The notes under the pieces were generated by a model. It was not told the origin of the DNA, made no database searches, and saw only the letters and a list, made by a program, of their open reading frames with translations. This document shows, one piece after another, positions 35,341 through 48,955 of a stretch of DNA of 64,000 bases. Every line of letters begins with the position of its first letter. The first letter of the stretch is position 1. The position numbers were made by a program, and so were the translations under genes. The stretch is from Podarcis vaucheri (lineage: Eukaryota): NCBI GenBank assembly GCA_965113315.1, contig OZ220369.1; one strand, given 5' to 3'.

Positions 35341-35460
35341 CAGGAAGCAATGATGGAACTGAGGGAGTCAAGCACTTCGGAGGCGGTCAGGCGCTGCTGA
35401 GGGTCCAAGACGAGCAGCTTTCGGATCAAGCACACAGTGTTTTCCGACACCCGCCCATCT
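35341..35460 (-). CDS. STK40: STK40 coding exon 8
   Basis: DGRVSENTVCLIRKLLVLDPQQRLTASEVLDSLSSIIAS; cag/gtgagt. Confidence 0.96.
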
Positions 35461-35560
35461 CTGTTAGGAAAGAACGAGAGTGAGGGGCAGTGGAGCTACC
35501 AAACCAGAGACACCAAGGCCCACAACCCCGTGGCCAGGCATGCCCCCGACCCCCACTTAC

Positions 35561-35705
35561 TCGGGGATGGTGTATTCAGCAGCCTTGATCTTGCGGAAGA
35601 GCTCCTGGGGGATGCTGTCGTAGAAGGGGAACTGCCCGTACAGCATGGTGAAGAGGACCACGCCCAGGGCCCACATGTCACTGGGTTTCCCACGATACGG
35701 CCTGC
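35561..35705 (-). CDS. STK40: STK40 coding exon 7
   Basis: RPYRGKPSDMWALGVVLFTMLYGQFPFYDSIPQELFRKIKAAEYTIP; cag/gtaagt. Confidence 0.97.
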
Positions 35706-35948
35706 CTGCAAACAGAGAGAGACGGCCCTGGAGAGTTAGCAGAGCCCATCCAGGAGGAGGAGGAGGAGGAAGACAAAGGAGAGGCGCTAAGCAACCAGCC
35801 TTTGGGCTGGTCTCACGTTCCCATCTTGGGCCCAACATTGGAGGGGCTCAGTGCCGCGTCACATGCCTGCGATGTCATGCGTGCAAAGGAGGGAGGAGGC
35901 CCTTTTGGGAGAAAGGTCTGGGGGCTGCCACGGGATGCTGCTGCCTAC

Positions 35949-36064
35949 CACTGAGGACATCAGGACTGATGTAGGCGGGGCTCCCACGCTGGTCCTTCAG
36001 GAGGTCATCTTCACTCACCAAGTGCTTCCCCAGGCAGAAGTTTGTGATGGTGATTCGGTGGGTC
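35949..36064 (-). CDS. STK40: STK40 coding exon 6 (NFC replaces DFG)
   Basis: THRITITNFCLGKHLVSEDDLLKDQRGSPAYISPDVLS; cag/gtaggc. Confidence 0.96.
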
Positions 36065-37689
36065 CTGAAGGGGAGAAAAAGTTAGTGGCTGGGTAACGGG
36101 GTGTGGGAGTGAGGGGTGTTGGAGTGGTATGAATGACTGGGGTGTCAACAAAGGCCGCTCTGAGGAATAATGCCAAGCAGCTAACAACAGTGGATGGACC
36201 AAATGGGGCTTTTGGTATGACATACACATCAGAATTATTCAGAGCCACTGTGGTGCAGCAGATTAGCTGGGAAGACACAAATTCAAACCCTCCCTTCAGC
36301 TGCAAAGTTCTCTGGGTGACCTAAGACCAGTGAGTAACTCTCTCAGTCTAGCCTACCTCATGCGGTAGTTGGCAAGGGCATGTGGGTGTATGGATGCATG
36401 ACCATATACATTGGCCTGAGCAACTTGGAGAAGCACTGTATAAATATTTTGCTGGCTATCTACCTAAATTAGTGACCTCAGGTTCAGCTTAAACTTTGAT
36501 GTTCAGAGTGTGAAGAATCGTCCTCAAAACCCTGATTCAGCCTTCACCAACTTGATGCCCTCCAGACGTTTTGGACTAAAACATCCTTCAGTCCTCCACA
36601 AATGCGGAGAGCCCTAAGATGGCAAAAGTTGCATTAACCCCCTGAGAGTTGGGGGCCTGGCACTCCACTGAAATGTTTTGCTCATCTGTGTCAGATTTAT
36701 TGACCTTCACTCAAGAAATACGAGCAGACTTTTGAGAAGTTGGGAGTGGGAGGGAGGGATGGCGGAGCAAGAGGCCTGAATGCACAAGAATCAGCAGGCC
36801 TGGATGTTCTTTGGCTAAATTAACTGAGACTTTTTTAAAAGACAGAAAGAAGTCAGCATTCCAAACAGCCAGCTCCTGATGACTCTCCTGTGAGCGAGGG
36901 GTGGAGGACGGCCTCAGCTCATAAACATCCGCCATGTCCTCCTGGCAGACGACAATGTTTTCTTGGCAATGAAGCCATCAGGAGATTAGCATCCAAGGTG
37001 CTTCAGCTGTGAAATGTATGAATGGCTGTTTTCAGGCAGCCAAAAACTGACCTCATCCCACAGGGGATCAGGAAGGAGCAAGAAATGGCATCATTTGCCT
37101 CACTGTGATCCTGGATGAGCGAGGGCCACCCAAAGGGCATTTCTGCACTACCAGGTCGTTGCTCAACAGATATTTGCCTGCTTCACACCTCTCGCTCCAC
37201 GAGGCCATTTGATGCGCTTTTAATGCAGCAGTGGCAACAGAAACAAGAACATGCCCACAAGAACATGGCCTTGTGGCCACCTTGAATGCAAAACACTGCT
37301 GGATCCCTGGGATTTTCATTTTTAGGAGTGTAAGAGCGGCCCTAGAAGGTTTATCTAACCCAGTATCCTTTTTCCAAATGCAGCAGCTCAAGTATCTCCA
37401 AGAAGCTCACAAGCCAGACATGAAGCTACATGCATGCCTTGTATGTTTCAGAACAGATATAACTTGTGCTTGTGGGTGGCAGGGGCTTGAACAGGCAAAG
37501 TCTTGCCAGAAATGTGAGTCACATTATGTGGAGCATGTGAGTGTGTGCAAGCAATGGATACAAAACCTACTGATGTGAGATAACATCTTGTTTAAAGGGG
37601 TGCATGGAGCTGTCAGTGGCATTCCTCATTGTGACCCCGAGTTGTATGGGAGCAAAGGAAGGGAGAGGGCAGTGGCAGCTATTGGAAGT

Positions 37690-38050
37690 TACCATATTTT
37701 TTGCTCTATAGGACACACTTTCCCCCCTCCAAAAATGAAGGGGAAATGTGTGTGTGTCCTATGGAGCGAATGCAGGTGTGCACCGACCCCCTCTTGCTCT
37801 TCAGGCTTCAGGCAACTATCCGCAAGCCTTCTGAGCGCGGTGGGAGCGCGGCCTGTTCTGGGGCTGGGATTGGGGGAAGCTCGGGCTTCCCCGCCCCCTA
37901 AGCTCTGGGAGTGGCGGCGAGGTTGCGAGCAATCTTGCCGCCGCTCCTGGACCTGGGGGGGGGGGAGATAATTCCCCCCCTTTATTTCCCTCCCTAAAAC
38001 CTAGGTGCACCCTATGGTCTGGTGCGCCCTATGGAGCGAAAAATACGGTA
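37690..38050. mobile_element. Tc1/mariner-type MITE (TA target)
   Basis: TACCATATTTTTTGCTCTATAGG ... CCTATGGAGCGAAAAATACGGTA inverted ends. Confidence 0.82.
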
Positions 38051-38460
38051 CACTCTGATTATCAAACTAGTTGGCCTCATCTCACTTGAGGCTCTTACGA
38101 GGTCAACCCTGAACTGGTACACAAATGACATGGCTGCAACATAAGTGCCCGCATCAGATGTCTAGGGGCATGAGACTGACATGGCCTCCCTCCTCCAGTT
38201 TCTTTCTCCTGTGACCTCGCTAAACTCCTAAGGAAGGCCAAAGTGCTTTCTCCAGGGAAAAACAAGCAAACAGGACACCGCCTTCTAATGTTGCTGTTTG
38301 ATTTGTGTGTGGATGCACAGACTGAAAAGCAAGAGCTTTCTTGGCAGGTGTTTCCCAGCACATACAGGAGATCAACTTTCTTTGGCGTGCCACCTCAATC
38401 CGCAGAAATCCCACCAGCTGCAAATAATGTTCCAGAGTGAAAATTGCAAAAGGGGCTCAC

Positions 38461-38513
38461 CTTTTGTTCAGCACCATGTTCCCCAACTTCAAGTCTCTGT
38501 GCACAATGTTCTT
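38461..38513 (-). CDS. STK40: STK40 coding exon 5 (HRD loop)
   Basis: KNIVHRDLKLGNMVLNK; tag/gtgagc. Confidence 0.96.
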
Positions 38514-38544
38514 CTAGAAAGACAAGAGGGAATTTATACTGTTA

Positions 38545-38767
38545 CAGTAGTACCTTGGGTTACAAACACTTCAGGTGACAGACTCCACTAACCCAGTAGT
38601 AGCACCACCTTGCGTTAAGAACTTTACCTCAGGATGAGAACAGAAATCGCGCAGCAGCGGCGCGGCGGGAGGTCCCATTAGCTAAAGTGGTACCTTAGGT
38701 TAAGAACGGTTTCAGGTTAAGAATGGACCTCCGGAATGAATTAAGTTCATAACCAGAGGTACCACTG
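38545..38767. mobile_element. Tc1/mariner (Tigger-like) MITE, copy 1
   Basis: TA-CAGTAGTACCT ... AGGTACCACTG-TA; three homologous copies in the window. Confidence 0.9.
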
Positions 38768-39091
38768 TAGAACAAAGTAGATTATTTGGTAAGATAAGAA
38801 ACTTAAATGCTTAATTCAATCCTCCCAACCCTAAAGTTGTGCTTGCAGAAAATGGAGTGGATCAAGATCACGTGTTCATTTCACCTGGCTCTTTATGACC
38901 TGAAGACTTTTGCACCAACTAAGTTGGATATAAGAAGATGCTTTGCACAGAACTCTTTCTCACTCAGCATCGGCAGACCCCATGCCCCCCACCAAAGCAC
39001 CAGGCCTCCCACACAGCCACGTGGCTGCCAAAACCCCACAAGGGCCCCACATCTTCCTCACAGTTCCCTGAGACAAGTAGAGACACCCTAC

Positions 39092-39319
39092 CTTGTGCAA
39101 GGCTTCCACTACCCGCACAACATCGTAGAAAATCACGACGGTCTCCCGTTCACTGAGGCGCTTCTCCTTGATGACATAGTGCTGCAGGTTGATGAGGTCG
39201 GCTGTCTTGTCACTGAAGTCATGGGCGCAGAGGCAGTCCAGCACCAGACAGATGCGCTTCTTCATCTTACGCACCATCCGGTTGGATTCCAGGTCTTCCA
39301 CATGCTCACAGGCTCGGTC
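39092..39319 (-). CDS. STK40: STK40 coding exon 4
   Basis: DRACEHVEDLES...KKRICLVLDCLCAHDFSDKTADLINLQHYVIKEKRLSERETVVIFYDVVRVVEALHK; cag/gtaggg. Confidence 0.97.
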
Positions 39320-40449
39320 CTGCAGAGCCCCAACAAGGATGGAGGCAACCGTTATTTTAATCTGGGAGAGATGGTGCCAAACTGGCCTTTCCATCCATCA
39401 GTGGCTGACCCCCATACTTGCTGCTTGTGTAGTTCCCAAAAGCCAAGACCCCTATCTAGGCCACCACTCCTTGGCATGAGAGGTCACAGCCAACCCCAAA
39501 CTCTACACCTGCATGATCACAGACATGCAATAAAGAGCCCAGTTATGGTTTTGGGATTGGAGGAAACTAAGGTATACTCAGAGCTGACCTCCTGAAATTA
39601 ATGGGCCTAAGTCAGTCCTGTCCATTAACTTCAATGGGTATATTCCAAGTATGACTAATACTGGATGCAGCACTTCTGTTTCAAAAGCCTCCTTTCCAAA
39701 AAGGTCTTTTTCCACCAGCACAACAGCAGCATGTGTGGCAGGTCTGGCCCATTCACCTTCTTCAGTCATGTGCTGAATTTACATGGATGGATGTGTGTGT
39801 TTGGTGGGGGGCCTGAGAAAAGGGCTTATTGCTGGAAGTGTGCTGGAATTCTTCCCACTAATGTGCCACAGACTCAAAAGGCTGAACTGCTGAATGTTCC
39901 ACTGAACATTCCTAAACACTTCAGCGTGGGTCACCCGCAGTCTGTATTATGAACTGCGATTTCTTACCTTCACCATAAAGTCCAAGGGTGGGTTACAACA
40001 ATGTAAGAATATTAAAACCGGGTAAAACAAGTTACAGTCAGAAGAACTTGAAGACTGTAGCAAAGCCTGAACAGAGTGATATTTAATTGTTGCAATATGA
40101 TTGCAAAACATGGAGTCACTGTGGCACTGGCAGCCTCAGCAAGCAGCTTTTAAATACTTTATTCCACTTTTCAGATAACAGATGCTGAGCTCAAAGAAGC
40201 TCATAATAACCATAATAGCATTTGGGGGGGTGGATCATGTTGCAAACACTATAATATCAATAGAGTGACATATAAGTGAAGCAAATATGGGGGCAATCAC
40301 GGTCACAAGAGCGGCTGGATAGGTGTGCAGTGTCTTTTGAGGAACACAGGCCCCACATCTCTCTAAAGGGCAAAAGCTGATAGAAAATGCAACCGGTTGG
40401 GCTGAGCAGGGATACAGAACTCCAGTGTGCCCAGAATGGCTGTGCTTAC

Positions 40450-40593
40450 CTGGAAAAGGCCATGGTGGTGGACCACCCCGTCCTGGTTGTGCAGGAGGGA
40501 GAGAAGCGAGTACTCTGTGTGGAGCAGCATCTTGCCCTGGCGCTCCTCCTGGGTTTCCGTGCCTTTGTCATTCCTGTCCTCCAAGGTGAGGAT
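40450..40593 (-). CDS. STK40: STK40 coding exon 3
   Basis: ILTLEDRNDKGTETQEERQGKMLLHTEYSLLSLLHNQDGVVHHHGLFQ; aag/gtaagc. Confidence 0.96.
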
Positions 40594-40906
40594 CTTTGGG
40601 GAAAGCAGACAAAGAAAAGAAAACACACACACACATATTGCATTTCTTTCTCGAAAGTCAACAAGCTCCAACATCAAACTCTGTGCTTGGAATATTTACA
40701 GCTGGACCAAGGAAACCCTGGTGCCCGACCTTTGGGGACTTGGGCAGAGCTGCAGCACCCTGGCAGCACTTTGTGCTGTGGTGTCAGCGGTTTAAAGGCT
40801 GACCATCACAGAAGGAACAAGGCCACAGACTGCAGCAGCTGCCGATGCTTGCGCAACCTGGCCAGCTCTTCTCCAGAAAAAAGGATTCCACCTGCTTGGT
40901 GTTTAC

Positions 40907-40992
40907 CTTGAGCTGGTAAAAGTCATCTGTCCCATCCTTCCTTGCCAAACACTGGACGATGCTCGGAACTGGGGAGTTGCCCAAGCGAGGCC
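40907..40992 (-). CDS. STK40: STK40 coding exon 2
   Basis: PRLGNSPVPSIVQCLARKDGTDDFYQLK; cag/gtaaac. Confidence 0.96.
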
Positions 40993-41479
40993 CTGAGAAG
41001 GCAAAAGCAGAACAATGGACTTTGCTTCTTCTGACTCATCACCTACACTGCTCACTGCTGGCAGTTCAGCTGCCGACCCTGATTATCAGGAAGTTCCCTT
41101 TCCCTGCCCGGGATGGATTACATGTCTTTCTGTAAGTCACACAGAGCTTCAGAGCATGGAGGCCCAAATGCTTTGCAGCCCCAAGTGAGGGTTGATGAAA
41201 AGAAACAGAAAACAGCGGCCACATAAACGACGTTTGTGTGACTGCTGTTTAGGAAGTATGGGATACGGTTTTTTAATATATATATTTTTAAAGTCCAGGA
41301 TTATCTTTACTGTCTCCCTTTGTGTTAGTGAAGTGAGTCGAACAGATATGCTTGAAAAATTAGGAAACCGCTCCTTTGGCTCCAATATTTACATCTCAAC
41401 AGTTGTATTTCTAAAAATAGTAAGACTTTGAAGTACTGTCATACTAATCCAGTAGTTCAAATAATCTGGTGTCAAAAAT

Positions 41480-42320
41480 TTATGGTAAGAAGTAAAAAAA
41501 TGTACAGTATATTATTAAATTTTGCATAGTAGTTGTTAATAGCTTTTAAGAAGCCTAGGGAGAAATGAATGGCTCAGATATATCATATCAGATATGACAC
41601 TCCATATTTGCAAGAGATTCACCTCAAACCATCTGCTGGAAAAGGAGAGAATCATTAAACTATGTAAGTGGTATCTGACCCCAGACAGGCAGTTTAGAAT
41701 ATTTAAAAAGCCACAGATCATGGCTGGTGCTGTACTCAAAATATGGCTAATTTCTACCACAGATGGTGAGCTTGCTTGTAAATGAAATCCTTTTCCAAAA
41801 CAAGCTAACTACACATTATGCCTAACATGAGGTTACACAATGCCACTAGATCCTCTCTTGAGGTCAGTAGGTTATGTGAATGACACAGTAAAGAAAGAAA
41901 ATTAGGGGCTAGTGTGAAAACTATTGTCAGCTGCAAAAATAGTGATTACAGAAAAGTGGAGAGTCAATTGTTTTTGTCACATCAACAAAAATGTGATTGC
42001 TCGAGATTTGGACTATTGTAGAAATTGCCAATATTACTGAGAACATTCAGTTAAGAGATGGCAGGCTGGGGGACGGATGGACAAAGGTTTCATCACCACT
42101 GAACATTATTTCTAAACTTTCTGAGGAATAGATATGGATTAGATATTAAATGCAATAATCTATTCAAACTAATTTAAGTGATTATGGTTAATGACTGCAT
42201 TTATAATCCTGGACCATACTGCATCTTATTATATTATCATTGTAGTGGGCTTAAGTGTATTTGGTGCTATTGATTGGTATTTTAGTATGTACCAGCCTGG
42301 AATTAATCTGAATAAGGAAA
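41480..42320 (+). mobile_element. Decayed L1-clade ORF2 C-terminal fragment
   Basis: AT-rich, with residual KWYLTP and AAKIVITEKW motifs; many stops. Confidence 0.55.
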
Positions 42321-43206
42321 TATAAAGACGGAATGGTATCTGGTAACTTAGAACTAAATTACTATTCTTCTTGATTGCACATCTAAATAGAGGGAAAGCA
42401 TACCTACATTTTAAGGAGATACAAGAAAGGGCACCTCCTCCAGAATTGGATCATGGCAGAAACGTCACACATGCCAGAAGAGCCTGGCTGTTTTTTACTT
42501 TTGGCGCAAGCCCTCCTGCTGCTCAGTGGTTGCCAGCATAGTCTAAACCACCACAGGACCTTTGGAGGCTGCACTTGGGCTATATCACAAGGAAACAAGG
42601 TGGCCAGGATTGGGCACTGGACACAGCAAACCACAAAAAGGAGAAAGGTAGTGCTCTAAGTCAGGGCCAGATCTGTGGAGCAGTGCTTGAATGACGGCAG
42701 CCGAGTCTCTGCTGCTTACCAGGAGGGAGAGTGGGAGGGGCAAGGAGGTCGGCAGGAGCAGAGACAATACAGCATCTCTGCCGGTGTGTTTGCACAGCAC
42801 TGACCTCCCCACCACCTTGCTCCTCCTACTTTCCCAGTAAGCAGCAGTGACTTAGCTGTAAGGTGAGCAACACTGTGTGCTACAGAGGAGCACCAATGTG
42901 GTACCAGGGACAGAGCTCTCCTTCAGAACCTTACCTATTCCCCCTTTTACCAAATTTAGAAAACAAACAAAAACTCCTAAGCCACCTGGCTGTGAAAATA
43001 AGCTTGAATCTGGAGGGATCTCAGATGCCAGAGGGGTGGGCAGAATATGACCATGTTGCCAGAGAATTAATTGTGCCCGATGCAAGCTCTATGCACATTT
43101 GATTAACATGCATTCTGCATGCCAGCTGCAGAGGAAGCACAGGGTAGGCTGCAGCCTGCCTTCGCCAGGTGCAATGCAGCAGATCACAGGCTCTGTTCCT
43201 GCTTAC

Positions 43207-43312
43207 CGAGAATGAAAGGTCCTGCCCGCTTGGTGTTGCTGCTGGAAATTCCCGGGCAGAAAGCCTTGGTGGATGTTTCCCCGCCCCCTCTGTCGGACAC
43301 TCGCTGGTTCAT
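43207..43312 (-). CDS. STK40: STK40 coding exon 1 (exon begins 43320)
   Basis: MNQRVSDRGGGETSTKAFCPGISSSNTKRAGPFIL versus human MKRRASDRGAGETS...KRAGPFIL. The ten exons sum to 1302 nt, 433 aa. Confidence 0.94.
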
Positions 43313-46300
43313 TCTGAGTTCTGGGGAAAGAGAGTAGACACTCATTGTGAGAATATCTAGTTGCCGTTTTGGGGTAAAATGTCTCTAAAGTCTTAATTTT
43401 CAAACAATGGACTGACTGAGATTGATTCTCATATAAACATCTGGCTAGTTCAGATGACAACCTTGAGCTAGGTTAAGAACTTTGAGAACTTAAAGAAGAA
43501 AAGCTACTTGATCCAGAGACAGTCCATGTATATACTGGCTTATTCCAACCTTTTTCTTAATAGTGACTGCTCCTGATCAAGCTGCACAGAAAAAGCATTT
43601 TGGTTCCAGAAATGCATTCTAATTGTGCCTATAAAAAACAAGTGATAGAATTCTACAGGACGGGGTATTAGTGTGTGAAAACAGTCCAGATACAATGATC
43701 CCCAGATGATGGAGATGTCAGGCACCATCCTGGCATCTTCACTTGGTCGCAAGTGCTCCATAGCCGGGTGCAAAGTGCGACTGGTGCCTGGCTAATTCTG
43801 AACGCTGTCCTCAAGTCAATAAATGCAACTCTCTCCCGCTTTATTCCATCCCTGCCAGGGACAGCCCCTGGGAAAAGATGGCTGTGCAACCCTCTTTATT
43901 GCCTTTGCCATGCACTCACAGCCAGCAGATACTGCCCACCCTGGGCAAAGGTCGCAGATGAAACATACAGGCAAACCAAAGGCTAAGAGAAATTAACTGT
44001 GCCCCTGTCCAATGCCCAGGATCAGACACCAGATTGGCCTCAAGTGATCCACAGATAAAAGAGGCTCAGCTGCAGCTGCAGCAGCTGTCACAGCCTTGTT
44101 ATGTAGGACTGTTGCTTTGCAATCACAGCCAAAATCCAAGCACATTTAGACTTTTCATACAAGAACAGAAAGGCACCAATAATGTGAACACCGCCTCTAA
44201 GGTTGAGTCAAATAAGATGAGATGTAAAAAGGCCCAGGTGCTCCTGTTATGAACCAGCAGTGGCCACAAACTGAAGCAGTGGCATTGAAGCTGCCCACAT
44301 TGCAGCTTCTGGAGCCAAGAGCCTAAGGAATGGTGGCTGAATTGAAAGCACATTCACCTTCCTTAAGAGGCATCACCCTACACGCATCCAGGAAAATAGG
44401 GCTGAGGGTGGTCTTTGGAAACACAAGAGGGATTTCAAAATGGGGACTGTGAGCCTGCTCAGCCCCTGGCACACAGGACCACCCACCCAAGGCTGAAGCA
44501 ACTGAGCATAATGTGACACAATGGGGAAATACGAGAGAGGTTCCCACGCTGCTGAAGTTGACAGGCATGCAGAGGAGATGAGTCACTTCTCCCTGGAGAC
44601 TCCTGGCGGGCACCATTTGTCATCAAACTTGAAATGTCAGCTGTTGCTGCAGCCTTGCCAGGACAGAGAGCCGCCCAGGTGGCAAGGGGCCAAGGGGATC
44701 TCCCAGCAGTGGCTGATGTTCTGTCAAAAGAGGAACAAAGGGAGCCCATGGGGGAATCTGGCCGGGATCTCCCTCGGGCTTCTCACCCTGTGAAAGTTCA
44801 CTGATAAAACAAATACACAGAAGCTATGGTGAAACTGTGGGCTCAGCCAACCCTCCAAGAGCTGCTGTCACCTGCCTTCAGCTGATACTTGGTGGCAGAG
44901 ATTATGGGAGAAGAAGATCTGTTTGTTCATGAGGAGAATAGGCAGAAGGGCACTGCCTTATTACGGTCAAAGGGGAGAATGTGGGATACCAAAAGAGCCA
45001 TCCAAAATCTCACAACACATTCCCATTCGCCTCTCTGAGTTTACTTGGTACACAAGAACAGGTCTCCCTGGCCAGCTTTGCCTGCCCATCTCTTCCAGAC
45101 CGAGAATCATAAACTCAACAGCAAAGACTCCACAGAGCACCAGTCAATGCAGGAGGGCTGAGAGCAGAAATGTATGTCAGATCACCCAAACGCAGCACAG
45201 AATTCAGCAATCTGGAAAATCTCAACTTTTTTTTATAATATAAAGGTATTTTTTGCACTCACAATAATCCATGAGGAAATCTATGCCCAGTAAAGACATT
45301 CAAAGTTGGGGGGGGGGGGGTTAGAGCTAAGCAGTCACTGCTACTGCCTGGGGTTTGAGCTGCAACCATCGGCAGAGACAGAGGAAAATATGTAACTGGC
45401 AGAATTTATCCAGGTTGCAGGACACAGCTTTTCTAGGTGCCAAAATGCCGGTATTGTGGTGCCAAAAGCACAATCACGTGGCTCGGAAAGGCAGCAATGC
45501 TGCAGCCTGATTCAAAGCCAGCTGTTCTCTGCACTTTGGCCCCCAGATTTGGATCTGGCTGCCTCCGAAGAGCAAAAGTAAACATCTGCTTCATTCTACT
45601 TTGCGTGGCCTGCAAGCAGCAGCCAGCCGAGCGCAGCGCCTTCTGTTACTGAACCATAGCCCACCCTCTGGCCACCTCCTCTTGGCTTCCAAAATCTGCA
45701 ACACAACTGGCCTGCAAGTTCTGTGCAAGGAAACCCCGTTTCAGAGATGCTGAAGATGCCGCAAAGCCCAGCTATGCAGGATGACAGCGAAGCCACACAA
45801 GGAGAACTGTGTTTTTAGCCCTCAGAGCTCTCAGGGTGTCTGTGGTTGCTGTTAGGGAGAAGAGAGGCAACACGGCAGATAAAGCGCTGCAGGGAGAGAG
45901 TGAGGAGTTTAACTCCCATCATCCTTAATCATTGGCTGAGGCTGATGTGGGCAGGAGTACAACAACAACTGGAGGTCCACAGGTTCCCCAACCCTAAACA
46001 ATTCCTGGAGAAAAAAATGTGCCTAGAAATGAGGAGACAAGCCTGCAGTCCCACCCAATAAATACTGATGAGTCCTTAGAAGGAAATCTTTCCTAATAAA
46101 GAGAGGAGCATGGCAAGAGTGGTTCTTGATGACAATGCCATCTGCTGCAGGGGAAGTAAGCAAACGGATACGGGATATAGAAGACGACCTGGTACGGAGG
46201 TAAATCTAAACCAATGTTTTGCATTACGAGCAGGCATTGCAGCCAGCCCCTCCCCTCCCCTGCCTTTGGTGCAGAGAAGCAGGAGGGAGTTTGGCTTGCG

Positions 46301-47449
46301 TTTTAGGTTAAGCATAGTTTGCTGTGCTGCCTGAACCCCAACAAACTGTGGTTAGCCTTAACAACCGTCAATGGGGAAAAGGCAGCTTAAAGCCACAGTT
46401 TATGAAACTGGCTTGTTTCAACTAACTATGGAGTTCCGAAGATTAAAATGGAAGTGGAAATTTCCAATATCCTTCTGGCAGCTGTAGTGGAGACGCGGTG
46501 CATGCTGGTGAGCGCCCTGACATGCTAGGGATTGTGCATGGGACCGTCAGCATACAGAAGATGCACAAAGTTGAGGCAGGCTTAAAAATAAGTAAGTAAG
46601 TAAATAAGTATTTTTTAAAAGCTCTCTTGGATAGGCAGTGCGCCAGTGTGAATCTGCCCTGGACCAGGGAACTCTATAAAAGAGGTTGGGGCTAAGGAAA
46701 AGTTGTAGTCCAAAACATTTGGAGGGCACCAGGTGGGTGAAGGTTGGTCTTAGGTGACATCACCTGGCTTTTTGGTGCCAGCAGTATGTTTTTAGGCCTA
46801 TTTCAGTATTTGGCTTTCTAGGCACCAGAATCAAATACCTATCATCAGGCGTCTGGATTTTTTTCAGCCCTGAACAAAGGCTGATGCAGCTGGAAAACAG
46901 AAGAACCAGGGACTTTGGAAAACTAGAGATTAGAGCCCCACTCAGGCATTGTTTAAGCATGCAAGTTACTGCATGACAAACACAGTAGCTGTGCCCCCAG
47001 CTTGTTTTCATCACCTTCCACAAATTGAAGGGAAGCCGTCTGTAGCAGGAAGCCTCTTGTCTCTGTACATTTTGGAACACTAGTGGAAAGCATTGGAAAT
47101 GGGGGTGGGGAGAGCTAGCACCCTCCCCACAAGCTTCTCACGTGCTAAGTTACACGCTTAAATAGCACGTGAACAGGGCTCAAGATGCACCATACCAATC
47201 AATTCATATAACCAGCCCAGTAGGAACCAGAAGCAGAGGGGAGGGGAGGGATAAGAGGAAAGGCAGGGCCCCAAACAAATGAGGCTGGCCTTACCCAAGT
47301 GCCGCCGTGCTATATATCACACAACTACTTCTCCAGCGCTTAGGAAGTTATGTTTCTTCTCTGATGCTCCAGAAATGGTGGGAACAGACTGGAAGGACCA
47401 GAAGGTTTGCTTTGGATTAAAAGTTCTATCCAAGGTGGCCTTGCAGAAT

Positions 47450-47750
47450 ACTAGAATTGTAGAGGTGGGAGAAACTCTAAGGGTCATCTAAGTCCAGCCC
47501 CCTGCAATGAAGGAATCACAGCTAAAGAATTCCTGACAGATGGCCACACAACCTCTGCTTAAAAAAACTCCACCAACTTCTGTGGGAGCCTGTTCCACAG
47601 CTCTTACCATCAGAAAGTTCTTCCTGATGTTAATCAGAACCTTCTTTCTTGTAATTTGAATCTATTGATGCGGGTCATAACCTCTGGAGCAGCAGGAAAC
47701 AAGTTTCCTCCTTCTTCCATGTGACAGCCCTTCAGATATCTGGAGATAGA
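47450..47750 (-). mobile_element. CR1 LINE 3' fragment
   Basis: Reverse complement of the type at 20360 and 24780. Confidence 0.75.
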
Positions 47751-48148
47751 TATCTCCATGTATGATAGGAAATCTCTGGTGAGACCTTTTCTTTACCAGC
47801 TGGGCAGGTGGAGTAGCTTGTAGATTTTGGAGTATTCATGTTCACAAGATAGGACCTGGAAGATTTCAGGGCTGTGATGAAACTCTCTCGTTGTCACCAG
47901 TCAGGACAGACCGGTGAAGGCCTGGTTTGCTTACCACTGTGCACAGACATCTTACGAAGGACGAGTATCAAGAGGTGGAAATGACAGGGAAGAAGATTTC
48001 AGCTAAACATCAGGAGGAACGCCCTAGCGGTAATATTACCTTGGGCAGAGATGGGCACCTCTGTTGGAGTTGTTTAAGCAAAGACTGCCAGTTGTCTGCC
48101 AGGGATGCTGTATCTGCTGTAAAGGGGACTGGGCTAAGTGACCCCCTA

Positions 48149-48278
48149 AAGGTAAAGGTAAAGGTACCCCTGCCCGAATGGGCCAGTCTTGACAGACTCT
48201 GGGGTTTGTGCGCCCATCTCACATCTAGAGGCCGGGGGCCAGCGCTGTCCGGAGACACTTCCGGGTCACGTGGCCAGC
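48149..48278 (-). mobile_element. 5'-truncated Sauria SINE, same subfamily as 34643
   Basis: Near-identical to 34643-34775; TSD GTGACCCCCTA (48138-48148, 48279-48289). Confidence 0.92.
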
Positions 48279-48344
48279 GTGACCCCCTAGCCCCCTTCTA
48301 ATCCTCTGCAAGAGAACCCTGAGCAGCATGCAAGAGAATATCCA

Positions 48345-48378
<34 letters not shown>
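48345..48378. repeat. (AC)n microsatellite
   Basis: Seen directly. Confidence 0.95.
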
Positions 48379-48383
<5 letters not shown>

Positions 48384-48955
48384 AACACACATACAGGTAT
48401 ATCTTGTTCAGTTCTCTACATCTCATCAGTCTAACCTACACCTACAGTTGGAAGATACTCTGGTTCCTAAAAGTATCACAACATTCCAATACCTCTGCAC
48501 TGGAATGATACTTTCCTAGCCCTGATAATCACTGCATGCTGCCACATAGCACCCGAAACACAGAACAGGATTATCTACAACTGTGTATATGTTTCTTAGC
48601 AAAGTCCTGCTCCCTGTTTGGTAGCTCTCACCGCCAACGGAACTCCAGCTTGATGCCCCATTATGCCACTGAAAATACACCCCCAAAGTGTTCTTTGGTG
48701 ACTAATAAAAAACAGGATTAGCAAACAGGTCTCACTTTCAGCCTTTTGTCACACTGACACTTCCAACCATAACTCAGCTGCTGTAATGTGCAGTTTTTGC
48801 ATGTTGTGCTGCTACATAACTGATGACCCCAAAGGTGATACAGATATTTAAACAAGAGGTTTGATCCATGATGACACAAATATTAAACACCTTACTAGTG
48901 AACCCATGCAAGGAAAGTGCCAACGTCTGATTGCCCCTGTCTGACCAATCCAATG

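Noticed and set aside
35949-36064. Missing DFG motif as a sign of pseudogenisation
   Set aside because: NFC at this position is the normal state of the STK40 pseudokinase, and all exons are in frame.
38807-39595. 262-aa plus-strand ORF, and similar ones at 40387, 60593 and 14155
   Set aside because: Antisense shadows of STK40, LSM10 and EVA1B coding exons.
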